A DNA stretch of 64,000 nt from Amphiscolops sp. MND2022. Taxonomy: Eukaryota. The stretch spans positions 8,558,001-8,622,000 of the forward strand of contig OZ076409.1 of the NCBI GenBank assembly GCA_964187785.1, in the 5' to 3' direction. Positions 62,569-64,000 of the stretch are shown here, in pieces (the stretch's first letter is position 1; the number at the start of each line of letters is the position of its first letter). Made by a program: the position numbers and the translations under genes. The notes below the pieces were generated by a model that did no database searches, was not told the DNA's origin, and saw only the letters and a list, made by a program, of their open reading frames with translations.

Positions 62569-63314
62569 TAGGAGTTTTTTGGATATACTGGTGTTAGAAC
62601 GTTTACAGGGGAACGTTTACTTAGGCTCCAAAAACTGAAGCCCGATTATGAAATATTATCTAAGGCCCGAAAAATCTAAGGTTGGAGGCCCGAAAACTGA
62701 ACAAACAAAGAAGACTGAATTATTTAATGATTAAACAAAATAGTAATAATAGAGGTATTGTTTCAATTCTTGACAAAAATATTAAAGCACCTTTGTGTTT
62801 ACACATGAAAGAAACTCATCGGGCCTCAGTTTCAATTCTTTCTGGCCTTAAATTACACCAGCTTCGGGCCTCAATTTTTTGGGTCTCAAATATACTACCA
62901 TTAGAAAATTCTTCGGGCAATTCTAATTCCATTATTTCCGTAACATAACTACATTGATTTGGGCACATGGTGGTACAAGATGTTAGGAACACTCAGAATG
63001 AAATTATTTCAAGACAAAGAAAGTCTTCAGAAGCGTTTAATCCAATGAAGTTTATCTGAGTTCCACTCAAAAATGTTCAAAATTTAGGAATTGCGAGTAA
63101 TAAAAAAATGCATTGTTATGCTGCTTCTCGAAAATTAGTGTTGAGGAAAAGCCGTTTTTGAAAAAACCTTTTTTTGACGAGGAATACTGTTAACGAACCT
63201 GTTAAGCGCGTAATGAAACCACAAATTAGTTTTGTTGACTAGCGTGTATGAGCCCATAGTACAAAGGGGGCGTTTCGGTAAAGATAATTGAAAAAACATT
63301 TCGAAGGTAAAAGA

Positions 63315-63870
63315 TCAGGTGTCAAAACGCTGCAAGTTGAGAGTGCTCTTTTCAACGTTGATAATTCTCGACTCATATTTGATCTTCTGTGTTTCGTGGT
63401 ACTTGTATTCTTCGTTGATATCTTTCTGACATGATTTGGCTAGTGGGTTCAAAAATTCGTCGAAAACGTCGAAAAAGTTTCGGCAAAAACGTGAACCCCA
63501 GAATCCATTGGCTTTAATGTCTTGTCTCGCTTCGTCTTCAGTTGTCGTGGTTTCATAAATGAAGGACTCGGCTTCTAACGGCGGAAGCTTTGGCTCGATT
63601 GACATCAAAACAGACCTCTTCCATGATGGCGGCGACAATGTTTCGAACTTCATCATGACGCATTTGTGGATAACCGCCCTTGTTACCTTGAACGTAACGC
63701 GGCAGGCTGAAAGGGTCTCCGCACGGACATATTGTCGGTATTTTGAGTAGTTCCAATTCAGAGTGCAAAGCTAAATCGTCGCCTAATTCAGTTTTCGTCA
63801 AGCCAAAGTGATATCATTGAGGGGCAGCGTGTTTTTCAACAGATCTAAAGCGTAACGTTGGGTTCCGTGA
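63315..63870 (-). pseudogene. CRE-clade-like non-LTR retrotransposon C-terminus (zinc knuckle + restriction-like endonuclease), degenerate
   Basis: CPCGDPF...KGGYPQMRHDEVRN...IEPKLPPL...EDEARQDIKANGFWG..RNFFDV...HETQK.KYESRIINVEK: RH, D..D and K pattern of RLE; frameshifted. Confidence 0.8.
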
Positions 63871-64000
63871 AGTCTATCATGAATTCAACTTCTTGATTTT
63901 TTCAGTCGAAACTAAACTTATTGGACCTATTTTATGTGTCGCTTGATGGTATTGAAAATATTCTGAAAAGTATGTCGTTTCCGGAAAAATTATTCTTATG

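Overview
AT-rich, intron-containing eukaryotic DNA (probably an invertebrate animal; species not determinable here) dominated by mobile elements. Host content: the last two exons of a phytanoyl-CoA dioxygenase (PhyH)-family gene (402-483, 5775-6071, +) and weak exon candidates around 52-61 kb. The centre (~8.0-40.3 kb) holds a decaying multi-gene element with all genes on the minus strand. It encodes a PIF1-family helicase fused to a C-terminal GIY-YIG nuclease, an intact SGNH-hydrolase-like ORF, a disrupted OB-fold/C4-zinc (RPA70-like) gene and two orphan ORFs. The 3' ends of the helicase-nuclease and RPA-like genes carry 9 copies of a stem-loop with a conserved ~20-nt loop and several different covarying stems, whose wobble pairs are G-U on the sense strand. 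The element's 5' part is replaced by a ~22-kb satellite (~29 units of ~735-795 bp) packed with E2F-type TTTCCCGC motifs and showing higher-order repeats. Elsewhere: at least five families of Helentron-type non-autonomous elements (one nested pair, one carrying a tRNA-like sequence), Tc1/mariner-type and other MITEs, Gypsy remnants with an LTR and a ~2.1-kb tandem duplication, a truncated BEL/Pao pol and a CRE-like non-LTR remnant. All calls come from reading motifs by eye; no database searches were run.
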